From the NCBI GenBank assembly GCA_046590885.1, contig JBKJTS010000105.1:1-33800 (forward strand): a stretch of DNA of 33,800 nt, written 5' to 3'. Below are positions 20,939 to 28,830 of this stretch, one piece after another; the first letter of the stretch is position 1, and each line of letters starts with the position of its first letter. The DNA comes from Gammaproteobacteria bacterium (GTDB lineage: Bacteria; Pseudomonadota; Gammaproteobacteria; Ga0077554; Ga007554). Under the pieces are notes generated by a model. It was not told the DNA's origin. It saw only the letters and a program-made list of their open reading frames with translations, and did not search any database. Made by a program: the position numbers and the translations under genes.

Positions 20939-22417
20939 ATGAATTTTTACCACCCGAAATCCGTGTTGACCCTTATTTTAATCGGGTTCGCCGTGGTTGC
21001 TTTGCCGTTGGTGCTCGCTTTAGGCGTGGCAGTATTTTATGTCGATAAACTCGTCGAGCAAAGTGCACAGGCTGTGGAACAGACGGTTCAAGTGACCAGC
21101 CATAGCCGCATGCTGGTAGAAGAAATCACCGCCATGGAGCGCAGTGCCCGGCAGTTTTTAGTGCTAGATGACCCCGCCATGTTTGGCGTGTATGTCAAAG
21201 TTCATCAAGAAATGTTACAAACCGCCAAGGTTCTAACAACACTTCCGCTAGAAAATACCCAGCGCGAAAAACTTGACGCACTCACTACCAAAGCGCAAGC
21301 CATGTTTAAGAAATTAAGTATTCATACCAATGCCCCTGCGGCTAAAAGCATAAAAGCAGTATCGGAATTTGTTGAATTGTCGGATATGGGCCAAGCTATT
21401 TTTACTGAAAGCAGCGAACTCGTCGACCGCAAAGTCGCAATCCTGCAGGAGACTGCAGGCAAAGCCCAGCAGATATTGCTCTGGTTCGGCGTGGGATTGA
21501 TTCCCTGGGTGATCGGTTTGGTCTGGATCTTTACGCTCCTCATTACACGCCCGATCCGACACATAGATCAAGCCATTCGACAATTAGGCGATGCCAAATT
21601 CACTACCCCTATAACCATTACTGGTCCGCAGGATCTGGAGTCTTTGGGGCGACGACTGGACTGGTTGCGCCTGCGTCTTACCAAACTTGAAGAGGATCGG
21701 CGTAAATTTTTACGTAACATCTCACATGATTTAAAAACCCCGTTAGCGGCGATTCGTGAAGGGAGTGAACTGCTGACTGATGAGGTAGTGGGTAAACTCA
21801 CCGAGGAGCAGCGCGATATTGCGCGTATACTGCGGCAAAACGGCATACAGTTGCAGCGCATGATCGAAGATTTGCTGAATTTCAGCATTGTAGGCGCACG
21901 CAGCGCACGAGTGGAGTTCATGCCAGTAAAATTACATGAGCTCATTGATCGCGTAATAGATGATCACCGGCCGGTGGTAATGGCGAAAAGTATCAGGTTG
22001 CAAAAAAATTGCGTGGAATTAACTGTGGCGGGTGATAAGGAAAAGCTTCGGGTAGTTCTTGATAATTTATTATCTAATGCCGTTAAGTATACGTCTCCTG
22101 CTGGAACAATTGAAATACGCCTGGCGCATGCCATCAACCCCGCATACCAGGTAGGTGCCGCCAACGAAACAGATATGGCAGTATTAGATGTCATTGACAC
22201 AGGGCCCGGGATTCAACCCAATGAAAAAGATAAAATATTTGAGACATTTTACCGAGGTGAAATTCCTCACGGTGGATATATCAAAGGCAGCGGCCTAGGG
22301 TTGTCCATCGCCAAGGAATATGTAATGGCGCATGAAGGAAGCATTGAAGTTATTGAAAATACAAGTGTTTCTCGGGGTGCGCACCTTAGGGTTACTTTAC
22401 CAGTAAGTAGAGCATAA
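20939..22417 (+). CDS. glrK: Sensor histidine kinase GlrK/QseE
   Basis: Two TM helices, HAMP, H-box 'ISHDLKTPL', N-box 'NLLSNAVKY', 'DTGPGI', 'GSGLGLSI'. The ATG at 20939 is preferred over the track's TTG at 20867. Followed by a lipoprotein gene and glrR. Confidence 0.85.
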   Translation: MNFYHPKSVLTLILIGFAVVALPLVLALGVAVFYVDKLVEQSAQAVEQTVQVTSHSRMLVEEITAMERSARQFLVLDDPAMFGVYVKVHQEMLQTAKVLTTLPLENTQREKLDALTTKAQAMFKKLSIHTNAPAAKSIKAVSEFVELSDMGQAIFTESSELVDRKVAILQETAGKAQQILLWFGVGLIPWVIGLVWIFTLLITRPIRHIDQAIRQLGDAKFTTPITITGPQDLESLGRRLDWLRLRLTKLEEDRRKFLRNISHDLKTPLAAIREGSELLTDEVVGKLTEEQRDIARILRQNGIQLQRMIEDLLNFSIVGARSARVEFMPVKLHELIDRVIDDHRPVVMAKSIRLQKNCVELTVAGDKEKLRVVLDNLLSNAVKYTSPAGTIEIRLAHAINPAYQVGAANETDMAVLDVIDTGPGIQPNEKDKIFETFYRGEIPHGGYIKGSGLGLSIAKEYVMAHEGSIEVIENTSVSRGAHLRVTLPVSRA

Positions 22418-23055
22418 TGAAATTTAAGATTATTTTTACAGGATTATGGGTAATCGGCCTCATGCTCGGGGGGTGTTCGGTAGTACCGCCCCTAACCGAT
22501 CGCTACGGCACTATTGCACCGTTGGTAGCTTATGTCCGACACGTCGCAACACTGACACCCGAACTCCTCACTCAAGAAATGGTGCGAGCAGAGGCTGCCT
22601 TCAAGGATAACTACGGGGCGGTAGAAAGAATTAAATTCGCGCTGTTACTGGGCCTGCTGGGCCCGCAAGACAAGCGCAATGAAGTGCAGGCGATTCGCCT
22701 GCTGGATGGCTATATCAATAATAATATTAAAAATGAAGCGCTTACCGATTATGCGTTTACCTTGCGCCACTTCCTTATAAAGCAGCAGGCGGCACGCGAA
22801 CGGGAAAATACTCTAAGCGACGGTTATAATACCCTGAAACAACAGTATAATAGCCTTGAAGTAGATTATAAGAGTCTGAAAGAACGGTATCTCGTTCTTG
22901 AGATGAAGACGCGCAATGAATCTGAGAATTCCAAGGAACGCTATCTGGGTCTGGAAACTAAGCTCCGCGATGAAACCTTGCGTAACGAAGCGCTGCAGCT
23001 CAAACTTGATACACTGAAAGCCATTGAAGAGAGTATACGCAGACGTATCAAATAA
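22417..23055 (+). CDS. qseG: QseG/YfhG-like lipoprotein with long coiled coil
   Basis: Lipobox LGGC (Cys20), C-terminal 'LQLKLDTLKAIEESI', and position between the kinase and regulator genes as in qseEGF. Confidence 0.7.
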   Translation: MKFKIIFTGLWVIGLMLGGCSVVPPLTDRYGTIAPLVAYVRHVATLTPELLTQEMVRAEAAFKDNYGAVERIKFALLLGLLGPQDKRNEVQAIRLLDGYINNNIKNEALTDYAFTLRHFLIKQQAARERENTLSDGYNTLKQQYNSLEVDYKSLKERYLVLEMKTRNESENSKERYLGLETKLRDETLRNEALQLKLDTLKAIEESIRRRIK

Positions 23056-23187
23056 TTCTGAAAATGGCTCAGTGATTGACGTAGACATTCATCTACGTTT
23101 GAAAGTGGATGAAGATCAGCCATGATTGTGTAGTTGTTTGCGAATGTTTCATTAGCATACGCGTTTCGCCCGCACAAAGTTGTGCTA

Positions 23188-23223
23188 CTGTTGCAAATTG
23201 CTGGCATCAGGTATTTGCAACAG
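23188..23223. repeat. 11-bp inverted repeat in the qseG-glrR spacer
   Basis: CTGTTGCAAAT (23188-23198), 14-nt loop, ATTTGCAACAG (23213-23223). Confidence 0.6.
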
Positions 23224-23255
23224 GTGCCAATCACCCTTTAGGATATTCCCTTATA

Positions 23256-24617
23256 ATGCATACCGCCAAGAAAAAAGTACTGGTAGTAGATGATGATCCG
23301 GGCCTGTTGCGGTTACTTGATATACGCCTGAAAACCGCTGGTTACGAAGTGATTACTGCTGACAGCGGCGAACAGGCGCTGGCTAAAATGACTGTGACGC
23401 GGCCTGATGTCACTATCACCGACTTGCGCATGGGGGGCATGGATGGATTGGCGCTGTTTGATGCAATTCATGACCGGGACCCTACCCTGCCCGTTATTAT
23501 TCTAACTGCGCATGGCTCAGTACCCGACGCAGTGCACGCGATGCGGCGCGGGGCATTTAGTTTTTTAACCAAGCCGTATGACAGCAAGTCCCTGCTCGAT
23601 CACGTAGAAAAAGCTGCACGCCTTAACGGTGATCATCAGCAGGCAGAATCCTCCCAGCAAGATACTGAATGGCGTAAAAGCATTATTACCCGCAGCCCCC
23701 TGATGGAAGATGTACTGGGCCAGGCCCGCTTGGTTGCCAGCAGTGATGCCAGTGTCTTTATTCATGGTGACAGCGGCACCGGCAAAGAAATGCTGGCCAA
23801 AGCAGTACATAAAGCCAGTCCTCGCCATGCCATGCCATTTATTGCTATTAATTGCGCCGCGATGCCCGAATCATTGCTTGAATCCGAGCTGTTTGGCTAT
23901 GCCAAAGGCGCATTTACCGGCGCCATTAAAAACCACAAGGGTTTATTTGAGGCAGCTGATAAAGGCACATTGTTTCTTGATGAAATAGGGGACATGCCGC
24001 TTGCATTTCAAGCCAAACTGCTACGGGTATTGCAAGAACGTATTGTGCGGGCAGTGGGTTCTACCCATGGCACCCCGATTGATGTACGAGTTATCTCGGC
24101 ATCGCACCGTAACCTCGAAGATCAAATGGCCAAAGGCGATTTTCGTGAAGATTTATATTACCGGCTGAATGTCGTCACTCTCGACCTGCCGGCATTGATT
24201 CAGCGGCGTGAAGATATACCCTTGCTTGCCACACGTTTTCTTTCCCAACTTGCAGATAAAAACAAAAAAAATCTTGAGGGTTTCTCTTCCGAAGCAATGG
24301 AATTACTGGTTACCGCACCTTGGCCCGGGAATGTCCGGCAGCTTTTGAATGTGGTTGAGCAGATGGTAGCCCTGTCTACTTCACCGATTATTCCGGCCAA
24401 GCTCGTGCAGAAAGCATTGCGTGAAAAGTCTTCGGATATCCCTTCGCTGGTGGAAGCCAAAGGTCGCTTCGAACGGGAATATCTAGCCCAACTCCTGCAA
24501 ATTACTAATGGAAATGTTACTCAGGCTGCCCGGCTTGCCAAACGCAACCGCACCGAGTTTTACAAATTACTCCATCGCCACCATCTTGATCCAGCCTTAT
24601 TTAAATCGGTTTCATAA
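23256..24617 (+). CDS. glrR: Sigma54-dependent response regulator GlrR/QseF
   Basis: Receiver domain (VVDDD, TDLRM), AAA+ domain ([19 protein letters not shown]) and C-terminal '[21 protein letters not shown]' typical of GlrR. Start 23256 is preferred over 23109 because the extra 49 aa do not look like part of a receiver domain. Confidence 0.9.
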   Translation: MHTAKKKVLVVDDDPGLLRLLDIRLKTAGYEVITADSGEQALAKMTVTRPDVTITDLRMGGMDGLALFDAIHDRDPTLPVIILTAHGSVPDAVHAMRRGAFSFLTKPYDSKSLLDHVEKAARLNGDHQQAESSQQDTEWRKSIITRSPLMEDVLGQARLVASSDASVFIHGDSGTGKEMLAKAVHKASPRHAMPFIAINCAAMPESLLESELFGYAKGAFTGAIKNHKGLFEAADKGTLFLDEIGDMPLAFQAKLLRVLQERIVRAVGSTHGTPIDVRVISASHRNLEDQMAKGDFREDLYYRLNVVTLDLPALIQRREDIPLLATRFLSQLADKNKKNLEGFSSEAMELLVTAPWPGNVRQLLNVVEQMVALSTSPIIPAKLVQKALREKSSDIPSLVEAKGRFEREYLAQLLQITNGNVTQAARLAKRNRTEFYKLLHRHHLDPALFKSVS

Positions 24618-24707
24618 GGCTTTTTTATACAGGATTTAAATATCTCATTTATTAACAATAAGCTACCTCGCACATGACGTAACTGAAAGTAACACTTTGA
24701 TCAATTC

Positions 24708-24740
24708 TTGACATTAACTATAATTGGGAATATAATCCCA
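24708..24740 (+). promoter_or_regulatory. Consensus sigma70 promoter with overlapping operator O1
   Basis: TTGACA (24708-24713), 17 nt, TATAAT (24731-24736). Near-palindrome TGGGAATATAATCCCA at 24725-24740. The ATG follows 6 nt after the -10 box. Confidence 0.85.
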
Positions 24741-24742
24741 CT

Positions 24743-25570
24743 ATGTCCAAACAATTTTCTACTGCCTTGATTACTGCCGTGACGCGCTTATTGCGTCCTT
24801 TGGTGCGCATTATGCTGCGTAATGGTGTTCCCTGTGGTGTTTTTGAAGAAACCGTGCGCTGGGTGTATGCCGACATCGCGATGCGCGAGTTTGGCCTGGC
24901 GGGCAAAAAACCCTCAGTGTCACGCGCTGCGGTCATTACGGGCTTATCACGTAAGGAAATTGTACGGCTGCAAGAGATAACCCGTCCTCATGAAGTTGCG
25001 GTTGCGCAGCAATATAACCGTGCCGCCAGTGTGATTACCGGCTGGTTACGGGATCCTCGTTTTCATACTCCCGCAGGTGAGCCTGCGGATTTGCGTCTTG
25101 ACGATGAGTTTGTCGAACTGGTGAAGGCATTCAGCCGCGATGTGCCCGCACGAGCCGTTTTAGATGAGCTGCGCAACGTCGGCGCCGTTGAATCCCTGCC
25201 AGATGACCGCGTTCGCCTGTTGGCACGCGCCTATCTTCCCCGCACCGATGATCTTGCCAAGCTGGAAATCCTTGGCACTGATGTCAAGTTCCTGCTCAAT
25301 ACCCTGGATCACAACCTGATTTGTCCCCCAGGCACCCAACTGTTCCAGCGCAAGGTAATTTATGACAACTTGCCCGCAGAGGTGTTGGCCAACTTGCATG
25401 CCCAGGCATCACGGGATTCGCAGGCACTCCTGGAAACGCTTGACAAGCACTTTTCAACCCACGATAGGGACATTAATCCCGCAGCACCAGGTACTGGCCG
25501 CAAGCGTGCCGGCGTCGGAATTTACTACTTTGAAGAAGATTTTGAAGCTCCTAAAGAGGACCCATCATGA
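24743..25570 (+). CDS. DUF6502 family protein; predicted HTH transcriptional repressor
   Basis: 'LLRPLVRIMLRNGV', HTH-like 'SVSRAAVITGLSRKEIVRL', 'WLRDPRF', 'DVPARAVLDELRNVGAV', C-terminal 'GVGIYYFEE'. ATGA overlap with the next gene. The regulator role is inferred. Confidence 0.8.
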   Translation: MSKQFSTALITAVTRLLRPLVRIMLRNGVPCGVFEETVRWVYADIAMREFGLAGKKPSVSRAAVITGLSRKEIVRLQEITRPHEVAVAQQYNRAASVITGWLRDPRFHTPAGEPADLRLDDEFVELVKAFSRDVPARAVLDELRNVGAVESLPDDRVRLLARAYLPRTDDLAKLEILGTDVKFLLNTLDHNLICPPGTQLFQRKVIYDNLPAEVLANLHAQASRDSQALLETLDKHFSTHDRDINPAAPGTGRKRAGVGIYYFEEDFEAPKEDPS

Positions 25571-26796
25571 ATACACTCACGAAGGGACTAATCGCATCAG
25601 CGGCGTTCTGGGTCATGGCTTCTTGCGGCGGCGGCGGTGGCGGTGTGGATCTGGCGGGCGGTGGCATTGGTGGCACCGGCATTAGCGGCGGTATTGGGGG
25701 CTCGGGCATCAGCCAGGGGCCGATTACCGGCTTTGGCAGCGTGTTTGTGAACGGCATTAAATTTGAAGAGGCGGGTGCCACTATTAAAGTGGAAGAGGTT
25801 GACGTACCTCGTACCGAATTGAAGATTGGTATGGTAGTCAAGATTGTCTGGGAAAGGGATACTGCGGAGGTCTATACCGCCAAAAGTATTGCTTACAATG
25901 ATGACGTCCAGGGGCCGGTCGCCGCGAAAGCAGTCGATGCCACGGGAGTCGTGACATTCACGGTGCTGGGACAAACGGTTGTCGCGAATCCCAAGACCAC
26001 AGCATTTGACAAGGTAACCGCAGTCGCATTGGTAAATGGGAATATTGTTGAGGTCAGTGGTCTAAGGGGAGACGCTGGGGTGCTTTATGCTACTCGGGTG
26101 GAGTTTAAACGGGCTGCGGCTATAACTGGAGAGATATTTGAGCTGAAGGGAACCGTCGCAAACCTTAACCCCAATGCGACTACCTTCACGCTGGGGACCG
26201 CCATTGTTAATTACAGTGGGGTTACTGCAATGCCAGGAATTGCGGCAGGAGACTGTGTTGAAATCAAGAGTACGAGCGGCATTATCAATGGTCAATTGAT
26301 CGCCAACACCATTGAATTTGATGATAGTTGCACACCCAGCGGCACCGCAGGGCAAGAGCTGGCACTGAAAGGCTTTCCGTCAGCGATTGATAAAATTGCT
26401 AACACTTTTACTGTGAACGGCCAGCAGGTTAACTATAGCAGTGCAACATTCCCGCTTGGCAAAACCGAAGAGAATCTTTCAGAGGCCGCTATTGTTGAAG
26501 TGGAAGGTTCTTTGAGTGGCACAGTGCTGCAAGCGAGAAAAGTTTCGTTTGAAGTGGAGGGCGGATTAAACGTCACGGGCACTGCTCAAGGACCGATTAC
26601 CAATGACACGCTTATGCTCATGGCGACACCCGTAAAACTCACCGTGAATAATCTAACTGTTTATGAAGACGATAGCGCCTCACCGATTCCCAACTTCGGC
26701 AAGGCAAACATTGAGGCGGGGCAAAACTTAAAGGTATATTACTACACGGATTCCTCTGGAATACATGTCGTTACCCGTATTAAACGGGTAAGTTAA
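25567..26796 (+). CDS. DUF5666 repeat-domain lipoprotein, paralog 1
   Basis: Signal peptide with MASC lipobox (Cys20), Gly-rich tether, 'GGIGGTG', 'GPITGFGSVFVNG', and repeated beta-rich modules ('G.VEV.G...A..I/V.F'). Confidence 0.85.
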   Translation: MNTLTKGLIASAAFWVMASCGGGGGGVDLAGGGIGGTGISGGIGGSGISQGPITGFGSVFVNGIKFEEAGATIKVEEVDVPRTELKIGMVVKIVWERDTAEVYTAKSIAYNDDVQGPVAAKAVDATGVVTFTVLGQTVVANPKTTAFDKVTAVALVNGNIVEVSGLRGDAGVLYATRVEFKRAAAITGEIFELKGTVANLNPNATTFTLGTAIVNYSGVTAMPGIAAGDCVEIKSTSGIINGQLIANTIEFDDSCTPSGTAGQELALKGFPSAIDKIANTFTVNGQQVNYSSATFPLGKTEENLSEAAIVEVEGSLSGTVLQARKVSFEVEGGLNVTGTAQGPITNDTLMLMATPVKLTVNNLTVYEDDSASPIPNFGKANIEAGQNLKVYYYTDSSGIHVVTRIKRVS

Positions 26797-26893
26797 ACGC
26801 AGCGGGACGATTGCATCTATGCAGGAGTTAGAGTAATGATGAAGAGGTTGCCAGAAATCTTTTCACAGGCAGTGCTATAAAAGCTTAAGTTAA

Positions 26894-27018
26894 AGGTTTC
26901 TCCCGGCAACTGCTCCTGGCGGTTCTTGCGCATCCTGCGCTCACCGCACTTGGGCATCCTGCCCGGCGCGTTGCTCTACCTTCCGCCATCAATTGCGGTC
27001 GCCGCTGTTCGAAATGAC
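26894..27018. repeat. Palindromic MITE/REP-like intergenic element, copy 2 (nested)
   Basis: Shares 16 nt (inverted) with 615-630, an exact 18-mer (26969-26986) with 33172-33189, and an 11-mer (26929-26939) with 33230-33240. Ends in GAAATGAC. Confidence 0.7.
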
Positions 27019-27321
27019 TGCTTACGCTTAGAAGTCTTAAGTTGGGCTTGCGCAGTAAACTTCATCAGGCTTTCAAACCGTTGTAAATAATAGATTGAAA
27101 ATCTCAGTGTATTCTGGTTGAAAATCTTTTTCTAAAGGTTCCAGGACTGGGGTCGATAATAAAAGCAATGCGGTGAAGAGGCAGGGGCATCACCGCAAAA
27201 ATTAATCTCTTCAGGTTCAATTCTCCGCAGCTCGCCTGTCCAGAATAAGTGCATTTACTTCAAGCTATAACTTCAGGAGGTGCCCAGAGAGGATTTTTAT
27301 TAAAAGTGTGATGTAGTAGAC

Positions 27322-27358
27322 TTGACAGTTCTTATAAATGGGAATATATTCCCATTTA
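27322..27358 (+). promoter_or_regulatory. Sigma70 promoter with overlapping operator O2
   Basis: TTGACA (27322-27327), 17 nt, TATATT (27345-27350). Perfect 24-bp palindrome TAAATGGGAATATATTCCCATTTA at 27335-27358. Confidence 0.85.
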
Positions 27359-27487
27359 ATGACACTTAAATTTTTCAAGTGGGCACTTTAGAGATCTTTT
27401 CCCCATTACCCTAAATTTCAGCTAAGATCAGTCCGCAAGGATTTTAAAGTGTTACGGTATAGTAGTTCGTAAATCAAGGAGATCATT

Positions 27488-28708
27488 ATGAATAATTTAT
27501 CAAAAAGCGTACTAGTTGCTCTCGGATTGGTTACATTAGCCTCGTGTGGCGGTGGTGGTGACGGTGTTGCGAGTGGTGGCACGGGTGGTACTGGCATCAC
27601 CAACGGCGTCAGTCAGGGGCCGATTACTGGGTTTGGCAGTGTGTTTGTCAATGGCGTTAAGTTTGAAGACACGGCGGCTACAGTTGAGATAGAAGATGCT
27701 ACCAGTGGCCGGAATGCCTTGAAGGCCGGCATGGTGGTAAAGGTAGCGTGGAGCCGCGATGTGAATGGCGTATATACCGCCACGAACATCAACTATGGTG
27801 ATGATGTGCAGGGCCCGGTGGCTGGCATAACAGGTACGGCAGGTGATTTCACCTTTACTGTGCTGGGGCAGACGGTCATGACGCATGCCACGACCACCAC
27901 GTTTGATGGAGTAGCCGCAACCGCACTGGTCGATGGTAACCTCGTTGAGGTCAGTGGGTTAAAGGATGGCGCGGGAGTGATTCACGCCACGCGCATCGAA
28001 CTGAAGACGGGAGCGGGAGCAACGGAATTGGAGATGAAGGGGCTGGTTGCCACTACTCCAGCACCAACCGCAACCAGCTTTACCTTGGGGTCTGGGCCTG
28101 GCGCGATAACGGTTAATCACAATGGGGCCGCGCCTGTGTCTCCGGGCGCTTGCGTGGAGGTCAAGGCAGCGGCGGGTAGTTTTACCGGTACTACGTTTAC
28201 AGCTGCCACGATTCAGCTTGACGACGATTGCACAGCTGGCGGTGTAAGTGGTAACGAGCTGGAGATCAAGAATTATCCGTCAGATATTAATACAGCCGCT
28301 AATACATTCACGTTGAATGGCCAGGCGGTGAGCTATACCGACACGCCGTCAGTGTTTATTGGCGGGACCGAGGCGGACCTTTCCACGGCGGTCATCGTAG
28401 AAGTGGAAGGCACGTTGAGCGGCACTGTGCTGGTAGCGAAAAAAATCTCGTTTGAGAGAGAGGGCAACCTTGAAGGTAAGGGTACCGCTCAGGGATCAGT
28501 TGCTGCAGATGGCACGTTTACTGTAAATCTTGCAGAGCCCACCGTGGGTCCGAAGACCTTTACCGTTACCAACTTGACGACCTACGAAGACAAGACCGAT
28601 ACCATCGCCAACTTCGGCAAGGCGAACATCGCGATCAATCAGCCCCTGAAAGTGTATTACTACCTTGATGGCACTACCAATGTTGCTACACGCATTAGAC
28701 TGGAATAG
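27488..28708 (+). CDS. DUF5666 repeat-domain lipoprotein, paralog 2
   Basis: AAGGAGA SD, LASC lipobox (Cys20), collinear similarity to 25567-26796 (SQGPITGFGSVFVNG, DDVQGPVA, FTVLGQTV, NFGKANI, LKVYYY). Confidence 0.87.
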   Translation: MNNLSKSVLVALGLVTLASCGGGGDGVASGGTGGTGITNGVSQGPITGFGSVFVNGVKFEDTAATVEIEDATSGRNALKAGMVVKVAWSRDVNGVYTATNINYGDDVQGPVAGITGTAGDFTFTVLGQTVMTHATTTTFDGVAATALVDGNLVEVSGLKDGAGVIHATRIELKTGAGATELEMKGLVATTPAPTATSFTLGSGPGAITVNHNGAAPVSPGACVEVKAAAGSFTGTTFTAATIQLDDDCTAGGVSGNELEIKNYPSDINTAANTFTLNGQAVSYTDTPSVFIGGTEADLSTAVIVEVEGTLSGTVLVAKKISFEREGNLEGKGTAQGSVAADGTFTVNLAEPTVGPKTFTVTNLTTYEDKTDTIANFGKANIAINQPLKVYYYLDGTTNVATRIRLE

Positions 28709-28752
28709 TTGATTGAGCGCAGGCGATATGCCTGTTTTATTATCCTGACCTT

Positions 28753-28780
28753 AAGGGGCCTCTTCGGAGGCCCCTTTTTT
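28753..28780 (+). terminator. Rho-independent terminator
   Basis: AAGGGGCCTC-TTCG-GAGGCCCCTT stem with a cUUCGg loop followed by a T tract. Confidence 0.9.
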
Positions 28781-28830
28781 ATAGAGGTATTTTTATGGGT
28801 AAAGGGGGCAGGGCGCGTCAGAATAGAAAA

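Noticed and set aside
23200-23229. Possible sigma54 promoter upstream of glrR (TGGCA...TTGC on both strands)
   Set aside because: GG-to-GC spacing is 12 nt on + and 8 nt on -, not the required 10 nt.
23243-23250. ATATTCCC resembling the DUF6502 operator before glrR
   Set aside because: Half-site only; the left arm does not match.
23109-23255. 49-aa N-terminal extension of GlrR in the ORF track
   Set aside because: Does not resemble a receiver domain, overlaps an inverted repeat, and a better start exists at 23256.
26884-27043. CTTAAGTT on both sides of repeat copy 2 as a target-site duplication
   Set aside because: The right copy lies 17 nt from the element end, and similar words occur elsewhere in the window (about 18961 and 19608), so a duplication cannot be claimed.
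27092-27200. TTGAAAATCT direct repeat and TGCGGTGA/TCACCGCA hairpin in the inter-paralog spacer
   Set aside because: Short, with no U-tract on the sense strand; no function can be assigned from sequence alone.
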